Assembly (NCBI GenBank): GCA_910578245.1
Contig: CAJTPC010000003.1
Location: forward strand, 5,259-69,258
DNA: 64,000 bases
Reading direction: 5' to 3'
Origin: an uncultured Christensenella sp.
GTDB taxonomy: Bacteria > Bacillota > Clostridia > Christensenellales > UBA3700
In this document: positions 54,090-64,000 of the stretch, in pieces
Layout of the letters: every line of letters starts with the position of its first letter
How positions within the stretch are numbered: the stretch's first letter is position 1
Program-made: the position numbers and the translations under genes
Notes under the pieces: generated by a model
What the model saw: only the letters and a program-made list of their open reading frames with translations
Told to the model about the DNA's origin: nothing
The model's database searches: none

Positions 54090-55339
54090 GACACGTAACC
54101 TGCAATAGTATTAATTATCCATATGACCAGTACTATTACCAAAGCAAAGATAATGCCTCGGCTGTTTTTCTTTTTGAGTTGTACTTTGTCTTCTTGGCGA
54201 AGAGAAGCGTAGACTTCTTTCTTTTCCTCGCTGTAATCTTTGAGTACTTCGTCAAGTTCTTGCTCTTCTTTGCGTTGAGCAAGCGTTTGGTCGGGGGACT
54301 TGAAGAGATACGCAAGTTTCTTATTAAATATTTTAATAGGTTGCTTTTTGCCTGAGTATATGACTTCTTCTTGTTCTTCGACGCCAAGTTTTGCATCTTC
54401 CTTTTTGCGTTTTGCATAACATATCTTATACATACCTATAAGAGAGCCGACAAGTATTGCAAGACCGCCTACGCAGAGTATTAGCAAACCCCACCAAGGT
54501 ATGGATAAATCCGTCGAGCCTGTGATAAGATATATTACGTAACCGCTAATCAAAGTTATTGCGTTGTTGAAGAAATGCACGAGAATATTTGCCCAAATAC
54601 TTCCCGTCATATAATATACCAGACAGCATACTACGCCGACGAAGAATTGGTGGACGAGTTGCATAGGCGAGCCGTGCATAAAGGCAAAAATAGTAGAACT
54701 CAATATGATTCCTATGAATATGGATATTCTGCTTCCGCCCCTTGCAATTATGCCTCGATGCAGAATTTCTTCGCATATAGCGGGTATTGCCGCTACGAAT
54801 ATTAAATACAATACGAGTTTGCCAAAGCTGTCTACGACTATATTTGCGCCCGTATAATTATAGCCCGTCAAGTTGACTAGATATACGAAAAGACTTGCTA
54901 TCGGCATAAAACCTGCGAGCAGACCTATGGCAATCGGCAAGGTCATTGCCATTTGCCCGCCGTTGACTTTGCGAGTAAATCCCATACCCTTAAAGACGTT
55001 GAATGATTTGATTTTCCAATAGCACAGTGGAGAGAGTAGCATAGTCGACTCGTTGAGAATCGTGACGAGAATGATACCGCCCGTAGATGCGGTGAAGAGA
55101 TCAAAAGCATTCTGCACAGCATCGGAGCCATCGGCGGTAGACGCGTCTACGCCCAATTTATAGGCAAGTATGCTGGAAGCGAGAATCATCAAGACAAGTT
55201 GAAGCATATACTGCAATATATATTGCCCGATAAACATTGCGCTCGCGTCGTAAAACTCAAGCGCTGGAGTTTTCTTTTTGAAAGAATTCAAAAAGCCTTT
55301 TTTATTTTGAGTATCTTCTACTTGTTTCTTTTTTGACAT
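54086..55339 (-). CDS. CPBP-family intramembrane glutamic endopeptidase (CAAX protease-like)
   Basis: Motifs EEILHRG, FAFMHG and HFFNN within a polytopic membrane protein. Confidence 0.8.
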   Translation of the reverse strand: MSKKKQVEDTQNKKGFLNSFKKKTPALEFYDASAMFIGQYILQYMLQLVLMILASSILAYKLGVDASTADGSDAVQNAFDLFTASTGGIILVTILNESTMLLSPLCYWKIKSFNVFKGMGFTRKVNGGQMAMTLPIAIGLLAGFMPIASLFVYLVNLTGYNYTGANIVVDSFGKLVLYLIFVAAIPAICEEILHRGIIARGGSRISIFIGIILSSTIFAFMHGSPMQLVHQFFVGVVCCLVYYMTGSIWANILVHFFNNAITLISGYVIYLITGSTDLSIPWWGLLILCVGGLAILVGSLIGMYKICYAKRKKEDAKLGVEEQEEVIYSGKKQPIKIFNKKLAYLFKSPDQTLAQRKEEQELDEVLKDYSEEKKEVYASLRQEDKVQLKKKNSRGIIFALVIVLVIWIINTIAGYVS

Positions 55340-55346
55340 AGTTCCT

Positions 55347-56123
55347 CTATATAGTAAATTTGCTAGTTGATTTATATTGATTTGCTACGTCTACAAAGAC
55401 GTCGCTTCCTTCTATGAAGTAATTGTTTTCCAGTTTTTTTGCCGTACAGTCAAAGGCGATTTCCGGCGTGTTGTTATCTTGCGATAGATGCGCAAGCAAA
55501 AACCTTTTTGTTCCGCTTCTAGCCAATTCAAGTATAGCGCCGGCGCAATCGTCGTTGGAGAGATGTCCGTTTTTGCCGAGTATGCGCTGTTTAAGCATGA
55601 ATGGGTATGCGCCTTCTCTCAACATATCTATATCGTGATTGGACTCAAGCATTACTAAGTCGCTGCCTTTTAGTTTTTCCAAAGCGCCGTCGCTAACGAA
55701 ACCTAGGTCGGTGGCGATAGCAATGGAATTTTTGCCTTGAGTTATTCTATAGCCGAGATTGTAATTGGAATCGTGAGGCAGGCGAAATGGAGTAATACTC
55801 AAATCGCCCAGTTCGAACGGCGCGTCCATATCGCTGTCAATGATATACGGACTTATCATCGGATCAAGGAACTCTTTGCTCTGTCTGTGACAATACACGG
55901 GAATAGAGTACTTCTTGCAGAAACCAGCAATGCCTTTGACGTGGTCAGAGTGCTCGTGCGTGATTAATATCGCGTTGATTTTGCTAAGGTCTATGTTGGC
56001 AAGCCTAGCTCTTTCCGAAAGAGTACGGAAATTCAAGCCGTTGTCAATCATGATATTGACGTCTTTCGTAGAGATTACGGTGCAGTTACCGCGGCTTCCG
56101 CTTGCAAGATTACAAAATTCCAT
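55347..56123 (-). CDS. MBL-fold metallo-hydrolase (YycJ/WalJ-like)
   Basis: ITHEHSDH metal-binding motif, about 258 aa. It lies upstream of rlmH, as in many Firmicutes. Confidence 0.8.
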   Translation of the reverse strand: MEFCNLASGSRGNCTVISTKDVNIMIDNGLNFRTLSERARLANIDLSKINAILITHEHSDHVKGIAGFCKKYSIPVYCHRQSKEFLDPMISPYIIDSDMDAPFELGDLSITPFRLPHDSNYNLGYRITQGKNSIAIATDLGFVSDGALEKLKGSDLVMLESNHDIDMLREGAYPFMLKQRILGKNGHLSNDDCAGAILELARSGTKRFLLAHLSQDNNTPEIAFDCTAKKLENNYFIEGSDVFVDVANQYKSTSKFTI

Positions 56124-56194
56124 AAAATAATTTTAGCACAATTTTATTGTATATACAAACGATATTATGGTAAAATGTACGCAAAGAGGTGGAT

Positions 56195-57061
56195 ATGTAC
56201 AAGATAGATACCGACATAATTGCGGAAAAAATCAAACAGCAGATAGACAAAATTTCTTGCGAAGTTGAGCCAAGCTGTAGAGTTGCGCTCAAAAAGGCTT
56301 ACGAAATTGAGGAAAACGATACGGCTAAGTTTGCGCTCAAAGTTATGAACGACAACATTGATTTGGCTATCGCCGAGCATAGACCCGTATGCCAAGATAC
56401 GGGAATGGTAGTTGTATTTTTGGAGATAGGCAAAGAGATAATACTCACGGGTAAATTATTGCAAGACGCAATTGACCGCGCCGTTGAGAAAGCGTACGCC
56501 ACGTTGAGAAAGTCGGTACTGGACCCTGTTACCAGAATAAATACAAAGACCAATACGCCGTGCGTCATACATACGAGTTACGTCAATGGAAGCGATGTCA
56601 AGGTTCAAGTTATGCTCAAGGGCTTTGGAAGCGAGAATATGTCAAAGGTATATCTTCTCAATCCCGCTCAAGGACTTGAAGAGGCAAAAAGACTTATCGT
56701 TAATACGGCAAAAGTTGCCGGCAGCAATCCCTGTCCGCCCGTAATTTTGGGTGTAGGTCTTGGCGGTACGCTGGAAAAAGCGTCGCTTATGTCAAAACAC
56801 GCTTTGTTTAGGAAGATAGGAAGCAGTAATCCTATTCCGCATTTAGACCGACTTGAAAAGGAGTTGCTTGCCAAGATAAACGAGTTGGGAATCGGCGCGC
56901 AAGGTTTTGGAGGAAAGACGAGCGCTCTAGGAGTATTCATAGAGAGCTATCCCACGCATATATCATCTTTGCCTGTGGCTATCAACGTGCTTTGCCATTG
57001 CTCGCGCTCATGCGAGTTCGTGATAGAGGGCGCAAAGGAGGGAACTTATGTCAGTGATTAA
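56195..57061 (+). CDS. Fe-S type hydro-lyase alpha subunit (class I fumarate hydratase / tartrate dehydratase alpha)
   Basis: CQDTGMVVVFLEIG motif and a size of about 285 aa. The start is ATG 56195 (GAGG 6 nt upstream) or GTG 56189. Confidence 0.8.
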   Translation: MYKIDTDIIAEKIKQQIDKISCEVEPSCRVALKKAYEIEENDTAKFALKVMNDNIDLAIAEHRPVCQDTGMVVVFLEIGKEIILTGKLLQDAIDRAVEKAYATLRKSVLDPVTRINTKTNTPCVIHTSYVNGSDVKVQVMLKGFGSENMSKVYLLNPAQGLEEAKRLIVNTAKVAGSNPCPPVILGVGLGGTLEKASLMSKHALFRKIGSSNPIPHLDRLEKELLAKINELGIGAQGFGGKTSALGVFIESYPTHISSLPVAINVLCHCSRSCEFVIEGAKEGTYVSD

Positions 57062-57569
57062 GTTGACTTTGCCTTTAACAAAAGAGGCAATGAAGAATTT
57101 GAAAGTAGGCGATATGGTACAGCTTGACGGCGATATGCTGGTATTTAGAGATGCAGGACATAAGAGATTGTATCAAAGTATATTAGACGGTAAGCAAGCC
57201 TTTGATTACGCAGGCGAAACCATATACTTTATGGGACCTTGTCCTGCAAGGAACGGCGAAGCGCTGGGTAGCGCAGGACCTACGACGTCTTGCAGAATGG
57301 ACAAGTACACGCCTTTTATGTTGGACAACGGCTTGTCGGCGCAGATAGGCAAAGGTAAACGCGATGAGGCGTGTATCGAAGCCTTTAAGCGCAATGGCGC
57401 CGTGTATTTTTCGGCAATAGGCGGAGCAGGCGCAATCTACAGCAAGTGTATACTAAAAGCGGAAGTGCTATGCTTTGAGGATTTGGGTACGGAAGCCGTA
57501 CGCAGAATTACCGTCAAAGATTTTCCCGTAGTTGTTGCGATTGACTGCAAAGGCAACAGTATCTATTAA
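57048..57569 (+). CDS. Fe-S type hydro-lyase beta subunit (fumarate hydratase C-terminal domain)
   Basis: Overlaps the alpha gene by 14 nt and has a GGAGGGA RBS. GPTTSCRMD and GKGKR motifs. Confidence 0.8.
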   Translation: MSVIKLTLPLTKEAMKNLKVGDMVQLDGDMLVFRDAGHKRLYQSILDGKQAFDYAGETIYFMGPCPARNGEALGSAGPTTSCRMDKYTPFMLDNGLSAQIGKGKRDEACIEAFKRNGAVYFSAIGGAGAIYSKCILKAEVLCFEDLGTEAVRRITVKDFPVVVAIDCKGNSIY

Positions 57570-57579
57570 TTGGCGCGAA

Positions 57580-58398
57580 TTATTGCGCGCATTGAGTAGC
57601 AATATTTAACACGTCTTTATTTTGCTCATATATCTGCGGTAGATAGTTTATCAAATCGTTGTAGGGGACGTTTTCATCGCCTACTTCTATTGTTAATCCT
57701 AGTTTTTGGAAGGTCGTGACATACCAATCTTTATAGCCGCCTGCGCTGTTGTAGGAATTGAGCAACGGATAGCCTGTCGAGTCGGATATTCTTTGGGCGC
57801 ATTCTATATTTGGATCTACGCATCCAAAGCCTTTATAAATCACGTTGCCTTTAGCGTGGTAACTAAGCGTAACTGACGGTTTGACTCGTTCGGTCAAATC
57901 ACGCAGGGCGATATTTTCATATTCGGAGAACGGATGTTGTCCAACGTAGTTGGCAGGGGCGGGACTAAAGACGTTTTGCGCTCCTTCTCCCCAACGGGCA
58001 TTGTAATTGACGTTGAGGTCTACGGCTCTGGCGTTGGCTTTCCAAAGAGAGAAGTCCTCGCTACCGCCGTTTACCGAGCGAAGGAAGTCTTTCAGACTTT
58101 GTTCGGGTACAGAACTCAATCCTTGTTGAACAAGCAGTACGCCGTCTATATTTACCATAGGTACGCACCACACGCCGTAAGAACCGTTATAATTCTTCAT
58201 CATCTCAATGACAAGCGGAGTAGTCACCCATTCTCTTGCGTGTATTGACGCATGCAACAGCGTTTGCCCTCCGGTTCTGGAACCTTTGAAAATGCATGGT
58301 ATAGGTCTGCCGAGTAGCGTATAGCCAATATCGAAGATTTGCGCGCCTTGCGAGGCTAGGATATCGAGATCGGTTTGGAGGTCGTTAAGAGTGTACAT
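57580..58398 (-). CDS. M14-family zinc carboxypeptidase (gamma-D-glutamyl-meso-DAP peptidase-like)
   Basis: HASIHAREWVT (HxxE zinc site) and a downstream LSYHAKG (third zinc-ligand region). Confidence 0.7.
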   Translation of the reverse strand: MYTLNDLQTDLDILASQGAQIFDIGYTLLGRPIPCIFKGSRTGGQTLLHASIHAREWVTTPLVIEMMKNYNGSYGVWCVPMVNIDGVLLVQQGLSSVPEQSLKDFLRSVNGGSEDFSLWKANARAVDLNVNYNARWGEGAQNVFSPAPANYVGQHPFSEYENIALRDLTERVKPSVTLSYHAKGNVIYKGFGCVDPNIECAQRISDSTGYPLLNSYNSAGGYKDWYVTTFQKLGLTIEVGDENVPYNDLINYLPQIYEQNKDVLNIATQCAQ

Positions 58399-58501
58399 GG
58401 TAAATTATATGCCAATCGCGGCGTAAGTGTGAATTGCGCGCGAATACATAATTTGCCAATTCAAATATTGACAAATAAAATTCTTGTGCTAAAATGTAAG
58501 T

Positions 58502-58999
58502 ATGACTGAGAAAGATAAGCAAAAGTTTATGCGTTTAGCAATCGAGTGCGCGCAAAAAGGAGCAAGTCTTGACGAAGTCCCTATAGGAGCAGTAATTATC
58601 AAAGACGGCGAAGTTATTGCGCAGGCGCACAATCTTAAAGAGACAAATAATTGCAGTAACTATCATGCAGAAATTGTCGCGATTGATAATGCTTGCAAAG
58701 CTATTGGGAATTGGCACCTCAACGAATGCGATATTTTCGTTACATTAGAGCCTTGCGCAATGTGCGCGGGAGCTCTTATAAATTCGAGAATACGCGGAGT
58801 TTATTTTGGCGCTTACGATGCCAAGGCAGGCTGTTGCGGCACGCTTTACAATCTTCTAAGCGACGAGCGGTTTAATCATCGCCCTCATGTCGAAGGCGGT
58901 ATTCTGCAAACCGAATGCGGTGAACTACTGAGCAATTATTTTAGGGAAAAACGAGAGAAAAAGAAGACAGCGACGCATAATCATACGCAAAATAATTGA
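58502..58999 (+). CDS. tadA: tRNA adenosine(34) deaminase
   Basis: HAEIVAI and PCAMCAGAL deaminase zinc motifs. About 165 aa. Confidence 0.9.
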   Translation: MTEKDKQKFMRLAIECAQKGASLDEVPIGAVIIKDGEVIAQAHNLKETNNCSNYHAEIVAIDNACKAIGNWHLNECDIFVTLEPCAMCAGALINSRIRGVYFGAYDAKAGCCGTLYNLLSDERFNHRPHVEGGILQTECGELLSNYFREKREKKKTATHNHTQNN

Positions 59000-59101
59000 C
59001 TTTATCAAAATAATAATATTTAATGTATCTACTGCTTGCAAAGCAATAAATAACTTGCTTTTAGTCGCAAAATATGGGCAAAACAAATAATGAGGTGTGA
59101 T

Positions 59102-59671
59102 ATGCTGATAGTCGGTTTGGGAAATCCGGGAAAGAAATACGAAGATACCGTGCACAACATGGGATTTATGACAGTGGACGTTTTGCTCGATAAGTTGGGC
59201 GCAAAACTCGATAAGAAAGGCTGTGAAGCAGAGTACTGCGTACAGTATATAGGCGGAGAAAAGCAGATAATTGCGAAGCCGCAGACATTTATGAACTTAT
59301 CGGGCGTAAGCGTCAAAATGCTTGCCAACTCCAACAAAATTCCGCTTGAAAACGTTATCATAATTTACGACGATATAGATCTACCGCTAGGTAACGCGCG
59401 AGTACGCAAAGAAGGCTCCGGCGGAAGTCACAACGGTATGAAAAATATCATAGCCGAGTGCGATTCTACTGCAATTCCGCGAGTGCGTATAGGCGTTGGC
59501 GATGAAAGGGGAAATAGAGAACTCAAAGATTATGTTTTGTCCAAAGTAGGCAAGCAAAAACATGAGATACTCGACAAGGTCTTTGATAAAGTTGCCGATG
59601 GAATATGGCGCTATATGGTCGATAAAGACTTCGACGCGTTGATGCGTAGTTTGAACGGCAAATTAGTATAA
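59102..59671 (+). CDS. pth: peptidyl-tRNA hydrolase
   Basis: MLIVGLGNPGKKYEDTVHNMGF and GSGGSHNGMKNI motifs. Immediately upstream of mfd. Confidence 0.9.
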   Translation: MLIVGLGNPGKKYEDTVHNMGFMTVDVLLDKLGAKLDKKGCEAEYCVQYIGGEKQIIAKPQTFMNLSGVSVKMLANSNKIPLENVIIIYDDIDLPLGNARVRKEGSGGSHNGMKNIIAECDSTAIPRVRIGVGDERGNRELKDYVLSKVGKQKHEILDKVFDKVADGIWRYMVDKDFDALMRSLNGKLV

Positions 59672-62600
59672 ATGAATTTTGAAGAATTGTTACAGCTCAA
59701 TACTCTTGACAATGATTTAGCCGACTTGTACAGCGAAGTTCAAGGCGGAAGGGATATTATGGTCTTTTCTGCCGGCGAGGGCGAGAAGATACATATCTCG
59801 TCGCATCTTGGAAAATTCGTTTTATTCGTAGCAAAAGACGCGTTCAGAGCCACTACGCTTGCGGGTAGATTGGCAGATTATTTCGGCGATAGAGTTGCGT
59901 ATCTGCCGGCTAACGAAGAACTTCTTTTGCACCGCGCTACGTATCGCAAGAGTATAGTATCACAGCGTATAGATACGCTTAACAAATTGGCAAGCGGGAA
60001 GCTCGATTGTCTTGTTGTTTCTCCGCAGACGCTTGCGGGGTATCTTCCGTCAAAGCAAGCGGTAAAAGAGGGCGTTGTTAGAATCAAAAAGGGCGATACT
60101 TTGGATAGGTACGACCTAATAGATAAACTTGCTCTTATGGGATACGTGCGCGAAGACAGCGTAGAGGAGAAAAGTACTTTTAGCGTTGCGGGAGACATAT
60201 TGAGCATTTTTCCACCGCACAGAGATTTGCCGGTGCGTATAAGTTTTTTTGACGATGAAGTGGAAAATATTAAAGAGTTCACACCCGATACGCTAATGAG
60301 CGTAAGAGAGATAGACGAAGTAAATCTTATGCCGGACAACGATTTGCTTTTGCCGTACAGCGTCATTGAAGGGGGTATTGACAGAGCAAGAAGAGTTATT
60401 GACAAGCTCCCCTCCGACTTGGCGGAAAAGGTCGAGAGCATCTTTTCTGATATAAGTATATCTTCAGTCTGCATACAAAAAATGCAATGGTTATTGCCTT
60501 TTGTCAAAGATAAAATGAATACGGTATTCGATTATTTGGGCGATAATTGCGTAGTAGTATTCGATGAACCTAGCGCGGTTTTGGAAGGAGTGGAGCTTTA
60601 CGTCAAAGAGCATTTGGGACGTGTCAAACAGCTTGCGCTTACGGGCGAAGTTTTGAAAGAGCATAGCAAATCTATTTTGGGCGTAGACGAAGTGTTGGAA
60701 AAATTAAGAGCCTGTCAAAAATTGGGCTTCAACTATCTCACCGCTACCAATGCGATTTTTTCTCCTCAAAAGACATTCAATATCTCTTGCAAGACTTTTA
60801 GCAATTACACGGTTCATTACGACGCGCTTCTCAACGACTTAAGAGCCTTTGATCAATGGGGCTATACAGTGCTTATATGTATGGGCGACGAAACTTCCGC
60901 CAATACGTTGAGAAAAAACCTAATATCGGAAGATATAGGTTGCTCCGTAGTCGAAGATATAGACGATAGGCGCGCAGGTATATTTATACTCACAAAAGAA
61001 ATAACCAAAGGCTTTTTGTACACCAAAGCCAAGGTTGCCGTCATAGGCAGAGAAGATATATCACGAATTAAGCCGCAACGCAAGAAAGAAGGTCAGGCTA
61101 CGCAAGTATTCACTATTCCCAAAGTAGGTGATTACGTAGTACACGAAATGCACGGCGTAGGCAAATGCTTAGGCACGAAGTACGTCACTACAGGCAATAT
61201 TTCCGACGAATATATCGTAGTCGAGTACAAAAACAGCGAAATACTATACGTCCCTACGGACAAGCTCGATAGATTGAGCAGATACACCGGTAGCGATAGA
61301 GAACCTAAACTTTCTGCTATCGGCGGAAAGGAATTTGACAAAATCAAGCAGAGCGTCAAAGCCTCAGTCAAGGCAATGGCTATCAACTTACTGGACCTTT
61401 ATTCTCAAAGACAGAATAAGCGCGGTTACAAGTACGCGGAGGACGACTATCTGCAAAAGGAGTTCGAGGACGCATTTGAGTTTACTCCCACAGAAGATCA
61501 AATTAAAGCGGTAGACGAGATAAAGTCGGATATGCAAAGAGGTATCATTATGGATAGACTTCTTTGCGGGGACGTGGGATACGGCAAGACCGAAGTAGCT
61601 CTTAGAGCAATTTTTAAGACTATTTGCCACAACAAGCAAGCCGTAATTTTATGTCCTACAACGATACTTGCCCGTCAGCATTACAATACCGCCAAGCAGA
61701 GATTTAAGGAGTTTGGCATAGAAGTAGAATTGATAAGCCGACTGCAGACGACGAAGCAAATCAGCGATGCTTTGAATAGGCTTGCTTTGGGTAAGTCGTT
61801 GGTTGCGGTGGGAACGCACAGAATGTTGTCGCAAGACGTGCATTTCCATGACTTGGGGCTTATTGTATTGGACGAAGAACAACGCTTTGGCGTAGAGCAT
61901 AAGGAAAAGTTAAAATTGCTCAAGAACAACGTCAACGTGCTCACAATGTCGGCTACGCCCATACCGCGTACGCTCAATATGGCTATGACCGGCATAAGAG
62001 ATATAAGCGTACTGGAAACTCCGCCGTCCAATAGACTTCCGGTACAGACGTATGTGTGCGAATTGAGCGACGCGTTGATAAAGGACGCGGTGAGCCGAGA
62101 GCTTGCAAGAAACGGGCAGGTATTTATACTTTTCAATAGAGTTAAGGGAATAGAGAATTTTGCGCAAAGAGTATCAGTACTCGTGCCTGAAGCAAAAGTT
62201 GACTATGCGCACGGACGGATGAACGGCGAGCAGATAGAGGACAAGATAGGCAGGTTTTATTCCAAGGAATACGACGTGCTTGTGTCTACTACGATAATAG
62301 AAAACGGCATCGATATTCCCGACGCCAATACTCTTATCGTATGCGATGCGGATAGGCTGGGGCTGTCGCAAATGTATCAACTCCGCGGTAGGGTCGGCAG
62401 GAGCAATAGAATAGCCTATACTTACTTCACAATCGACGGCAGTAAGGTATTGACGAGCGATTCGTCAAAAAGACTGTCTGCGATTTTGGACTATACGGAA
62501 CTTGGAAGCGGTTTTAAGATAGCTATGCGCGACTTGGAGATCAGGGGCGCGGGCAACATTCTCGGCAAAGAACAGCACGGACATATAGAAAAAGTCGGTT

Positions 62601-63118
62601 ACGATATGTATTGCAAATTGCTACGCGAGGCTGTTGACGAGTTGCAAGGCGTATACGCCAAAGAAGTAAGCGAGGTCAAGATAAACCACTCATTCGGAGC
62701 GTATATCGATAAAGAGTACGTGGCTGACGAAGATATGCGCCTACGTCTGTATCGCAAGGCTTTAGACTTGACGGGGCAGGAAGAACTCGATAAACTCAAA
62801 AAGGGCGTAGAGGAGAGCTACGGCGCTATGCCTGCGTGCTGCAATTATCTCTTTGAGTTGGGGCTTATACGAAATCTTGCCAAGAATATCGGCATAAAGC
62901 AAATAGATATTTCTCAAAAAACAGCCTATATGACTTTCTTAGACGGCGAGTGTTTTAAGGATAAGGACATAATGCTTGCAGTGCAAGATATGGCAGGAGA
63001 GGTAAACTTGACGTATGAAGAGCAACCGAAATTGCAATTTGAGTGCAAATTCCGCCCTATTGACGAAAAACTTGCGCAATTCAAAAAATTTTTGTTCAAA
63101 TGTGGGAAAAGTTTTTGA
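59672..63118 (+). CDS. mfd: transcription-repair coupling factor
   Basis: 1148 aa. RNAP-interaction region VGDYVVHEMHGVG. SF2 motifs GDVGYGKTEVA, VLDEEQRFG, MSATPIPRT and QLRGRVGRS. Confidence 0.95.
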   Translation: MNFEELLQLNTLDNDLADLYSEVQGGRDIMVFSAGEGEKIHISSHLGKFVLFVAKDAFRATTLAGRLADYFGDRVAYLPANEELLLHRATYRKSIVSQRIDTLNKLASGKLDCLVVSPQTLAGYLPSKQAVKEGVVRIKKGDTLDRYDLIDKLALMGYVREDSVEEKSTFSVAGDILSIFPPHRDLPVRISFFDDEVENIKEFTPDTLMSVREIDEVNLMPDNDLLLPYSVIEGGIDRARRVIDKLPSDLAEKVESIFSDISISSVCIQKMQWLLPFVKDKMNTVFDYLGDNCVVVFDEPSAVLEGVELYVKEHLGRVKQLALTGEVLKEHSKSILGVDEVLEKLRACQKLGFNYLTATNAIFSPQKTFNISCKTFSNYTVHYDALLNDLRAFDQWGYTVLICMGDETSANTLRKNLISEDIGCSVVEDIDDRRAGIFILTKEITKGFLYTKAKVAVIGREDISRIKPQRKKEGQATQVFTIPKVGDYVVHEMHGVGKCLGTKYVTTGNISDEYIVVEYKNSEILYVPTDKLDRLSRYTGSDREPKLSAIGGKEFDKIKQSVKASVKAMAINLLDLYSQRQNKRGYKYAEDDYLQKEFEDAFEFTPTEDQIKAVDEIKSDMQRGIIMDRLLCGDVGYGKTEVALRAIFKTICHNKQAVILCPTTILARQHYNTAKQRFKEFGIEVELISRLQTTKQISDALNRLALGKSLVAVGTHRMLSQDVHFHDLGLIVLDEEQRFGVEHKEKLKLLKNNVNVLTMSATPIPRTLNMAMTGIRDISVLETPPSNRLPVQTYVCELSDALIKDAVSRELARNGQVFILFNRVKGIENFAQRVSVLVPEAKVDYAHGRMNGEQIEDKIGRFYSKEYDVLVSTTIIENGIDIPDANTLIVCDADRLGLSQMYQLRGRVGRSNRIAYTYFTIDGSKVLTSDSSKRLSAILDYTELGSGFKIAMRDLEIRGAGNILGKEQHGHIEKVGYDMYCKLLREAVDELQGVYAKEVSEVKINHSFGAYIDKEYVADEDMRLRLYRKALDLTGQEELDKLKKGVEESYGAMPACCNYLFELGLIRNLAKNIGIKQIDISQKTAYMTFLDGECFKDKDIMLAVQDMAGEVNLTYEEQPKLQFECKFRPIDEKLAQFKKFLFKCGKSF

Positions 63119-63209
63119 TAATAAGTTTACAAGCCAGTAATGTTTGTGTATAATAAAATATGCGTAATATTTTAATAATATAATAATACACCTAATAAAG
63201 GAGTAATAT

Positions 63210-64000
63210 ATGAAGAAGAAAATTGTTGCATTGATTCTCATGTTGGCGCTTGTATCGACGTTTTTCGTCGGTTGTTCGCTTTTTGAGACGGATGCCAACA
63301 GAGACTATCATCAAGTTGTCGCTAACGTAAGCTATACGACAAAGGATAGCGGAACTTTGACGGCAGTAGTGTATAAAGGAGAAGTAAAAACTCGAGTAAA
63401 TTACTATGGCGCACAGTATCTTCAATACATGACGTTAGACCAATTGGTAGAGTATTGCTTCAACGACGTGTCAAGACAGAAATTGTTGCTCTTGTATGCT
63501 CAAGAGTATTTGTATCTCAACAAACTTATTCCCGACGGCTTCGGATTCGATAGCCTTGGCGCTTGGAATTCTTTCAAGAATAATAGCAGCAACAGTCTTG
63601 TTGATGCATACGCAAAATTCTTGACGGTTGACGAGATGAGATATTGCATTGAGTCTGTCAATAAGCAATTTGACGATAGCTGGCAAGAGTTCATTGAAGA
63701 GAGAGAAGAAGAGTCTGATAAGAACGATTCTGCTTCCGATGACAACTCAGATGATGAGGACGAAGACGAGAAGGATAAGGACGAGCTCTTGTCTGCCCGT
63801 GAACAAAAGGACGGAACGTCTGACGAGGATGAAGACGATGAATATGAACTCAACGAGTCTATAAAGACCCAACAAGACGTTGTTAAATACTTCGCCGACT
63901 TGTATGACTTGACATTGGACGAGTCGAAAATCTCCAACGCATACTTCTTTAATTACGTCAATTCTTTGATTAGAAAGGAAAACAATGACAAACAAAAGAT
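63210..64000 (+). CDS. lipoprotein, 3'-truncated by the window edge (possibly SurA/PrsA-like N-terminal region)
   Basis: An AAAGGAG RBS precedes ATG 63210. MKKKIVALILMLALVSTFFVGCS is a signal peptide with a lipobox. The frame stays open to position 64000 and contains a D/E-rich insert. The function is only guessed from its position after mfd. Confidence 0.6.
   Translation, partial: MKKKIVALILMLALVSTFFVGCSLFETDANRDYHQVVANVSYTTKDSGTLTAVVYKGEVKTRVNYYGAQYLQYMTLDQLVEYCFNDVSRQKLLLLYAQEYLYLNKLIPDGFGFDSLGAWNSFKNNSSNSLVDAYAKFLTVDEMRYCIESVNKQFDDSWQEFIEEREEESDKNDSASDDNSDDEDEDEKDKDELLSAREQKDGTSDEDEDDEYELNESIKTQQDVVKYFADLYDLTLDESKISNAYFFNYVNSLIRKENNDKQK

Noticed and set aside
59878-60507. 209-aa antisense ORF within mfd. 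Similar antisense ORFs occur within glgB-glgC (41044-41637), the GH13 gene (48293-48811) and the PFK gene (50876-51358).
   Set aside because: They lie opposite highly conserved housekeeping genes whose reading frames are unambiguous. They are typical antisense shadow ORFs.
63471-63995. Minus-strand ORFs, including a Ser-rich 145-aa ORF at 63500-63937
   Set aside because: They are the reverse-complement shadow of the D/E-rich insert (GAx codons give xTC Ser codons on the opposite strand) in the truncated lipoprotein gene, which begins at 63210 with a clear RBS and signal peptide.

Overview
The window looks like a low-GC Firmicutes/Clostridia-type chromosome. The evidence is glgD, gpr next to rpsT, pth-mfd gene order, AGGAGG-type RBSs and sigma-A-like promoters. 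The right two thirds (about 26-64 kb) is ordinary housekeeping or metabolic DNA: a YgbA-like gene followed by a lipoprotein, two CydDC-type ABC genes and an ECF transporter; TetR/acyl-CoA ligase; HisJ-type phosphatase, ung, a MATE exporter; a complete glycogen cluster (glgB-C-D-A-P plus a GH13 enzyme); a phosphofructokinase; gpr, rpsT, rlmH, fumarate hydratase alpha/beta, tadA, pth, mfd. The left third is accessory-like. It starts with a very AT-rich cassette (153-4066) of small membrane or zinc-ribbon proteins and a small serine recombinase. Next comes an unusual pair of about 255-bp tandem modules, each bounded by 29-nt inverted arms (4273-4780). A self-contained nine-gene operon follows (4995-19280), with its own consensus promoter, flanking terminators and tight translational coupling. 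It encodes an Hsp70-like ATPase, an SNF2 helicase with a Cys-rich tail, a Cys-rich orphan, a 5-TM protein carrying MBG-like extracellular repeats, a zinc-ribbon/Sel1-like protein, a long coiled-coil protein, a Met-rich helical protein reminiscent of ESCRT-III, and a Vps4/katanin-clade AAA+ ATPase with an MIT-like N-terminus. I cannot match this combination to any named system, so it is my main candidate for a novel system (defence or membrane remodelling). Beyond the operon are a membrane-tethered XRE regulator, a YjbR-family protein, tRNA-Val(GAC) and a 1350-aa Flg_new/BspA-LRR surface lipoprotein. All functional calls come from reading motifs in the supplied translations; no database search was run.
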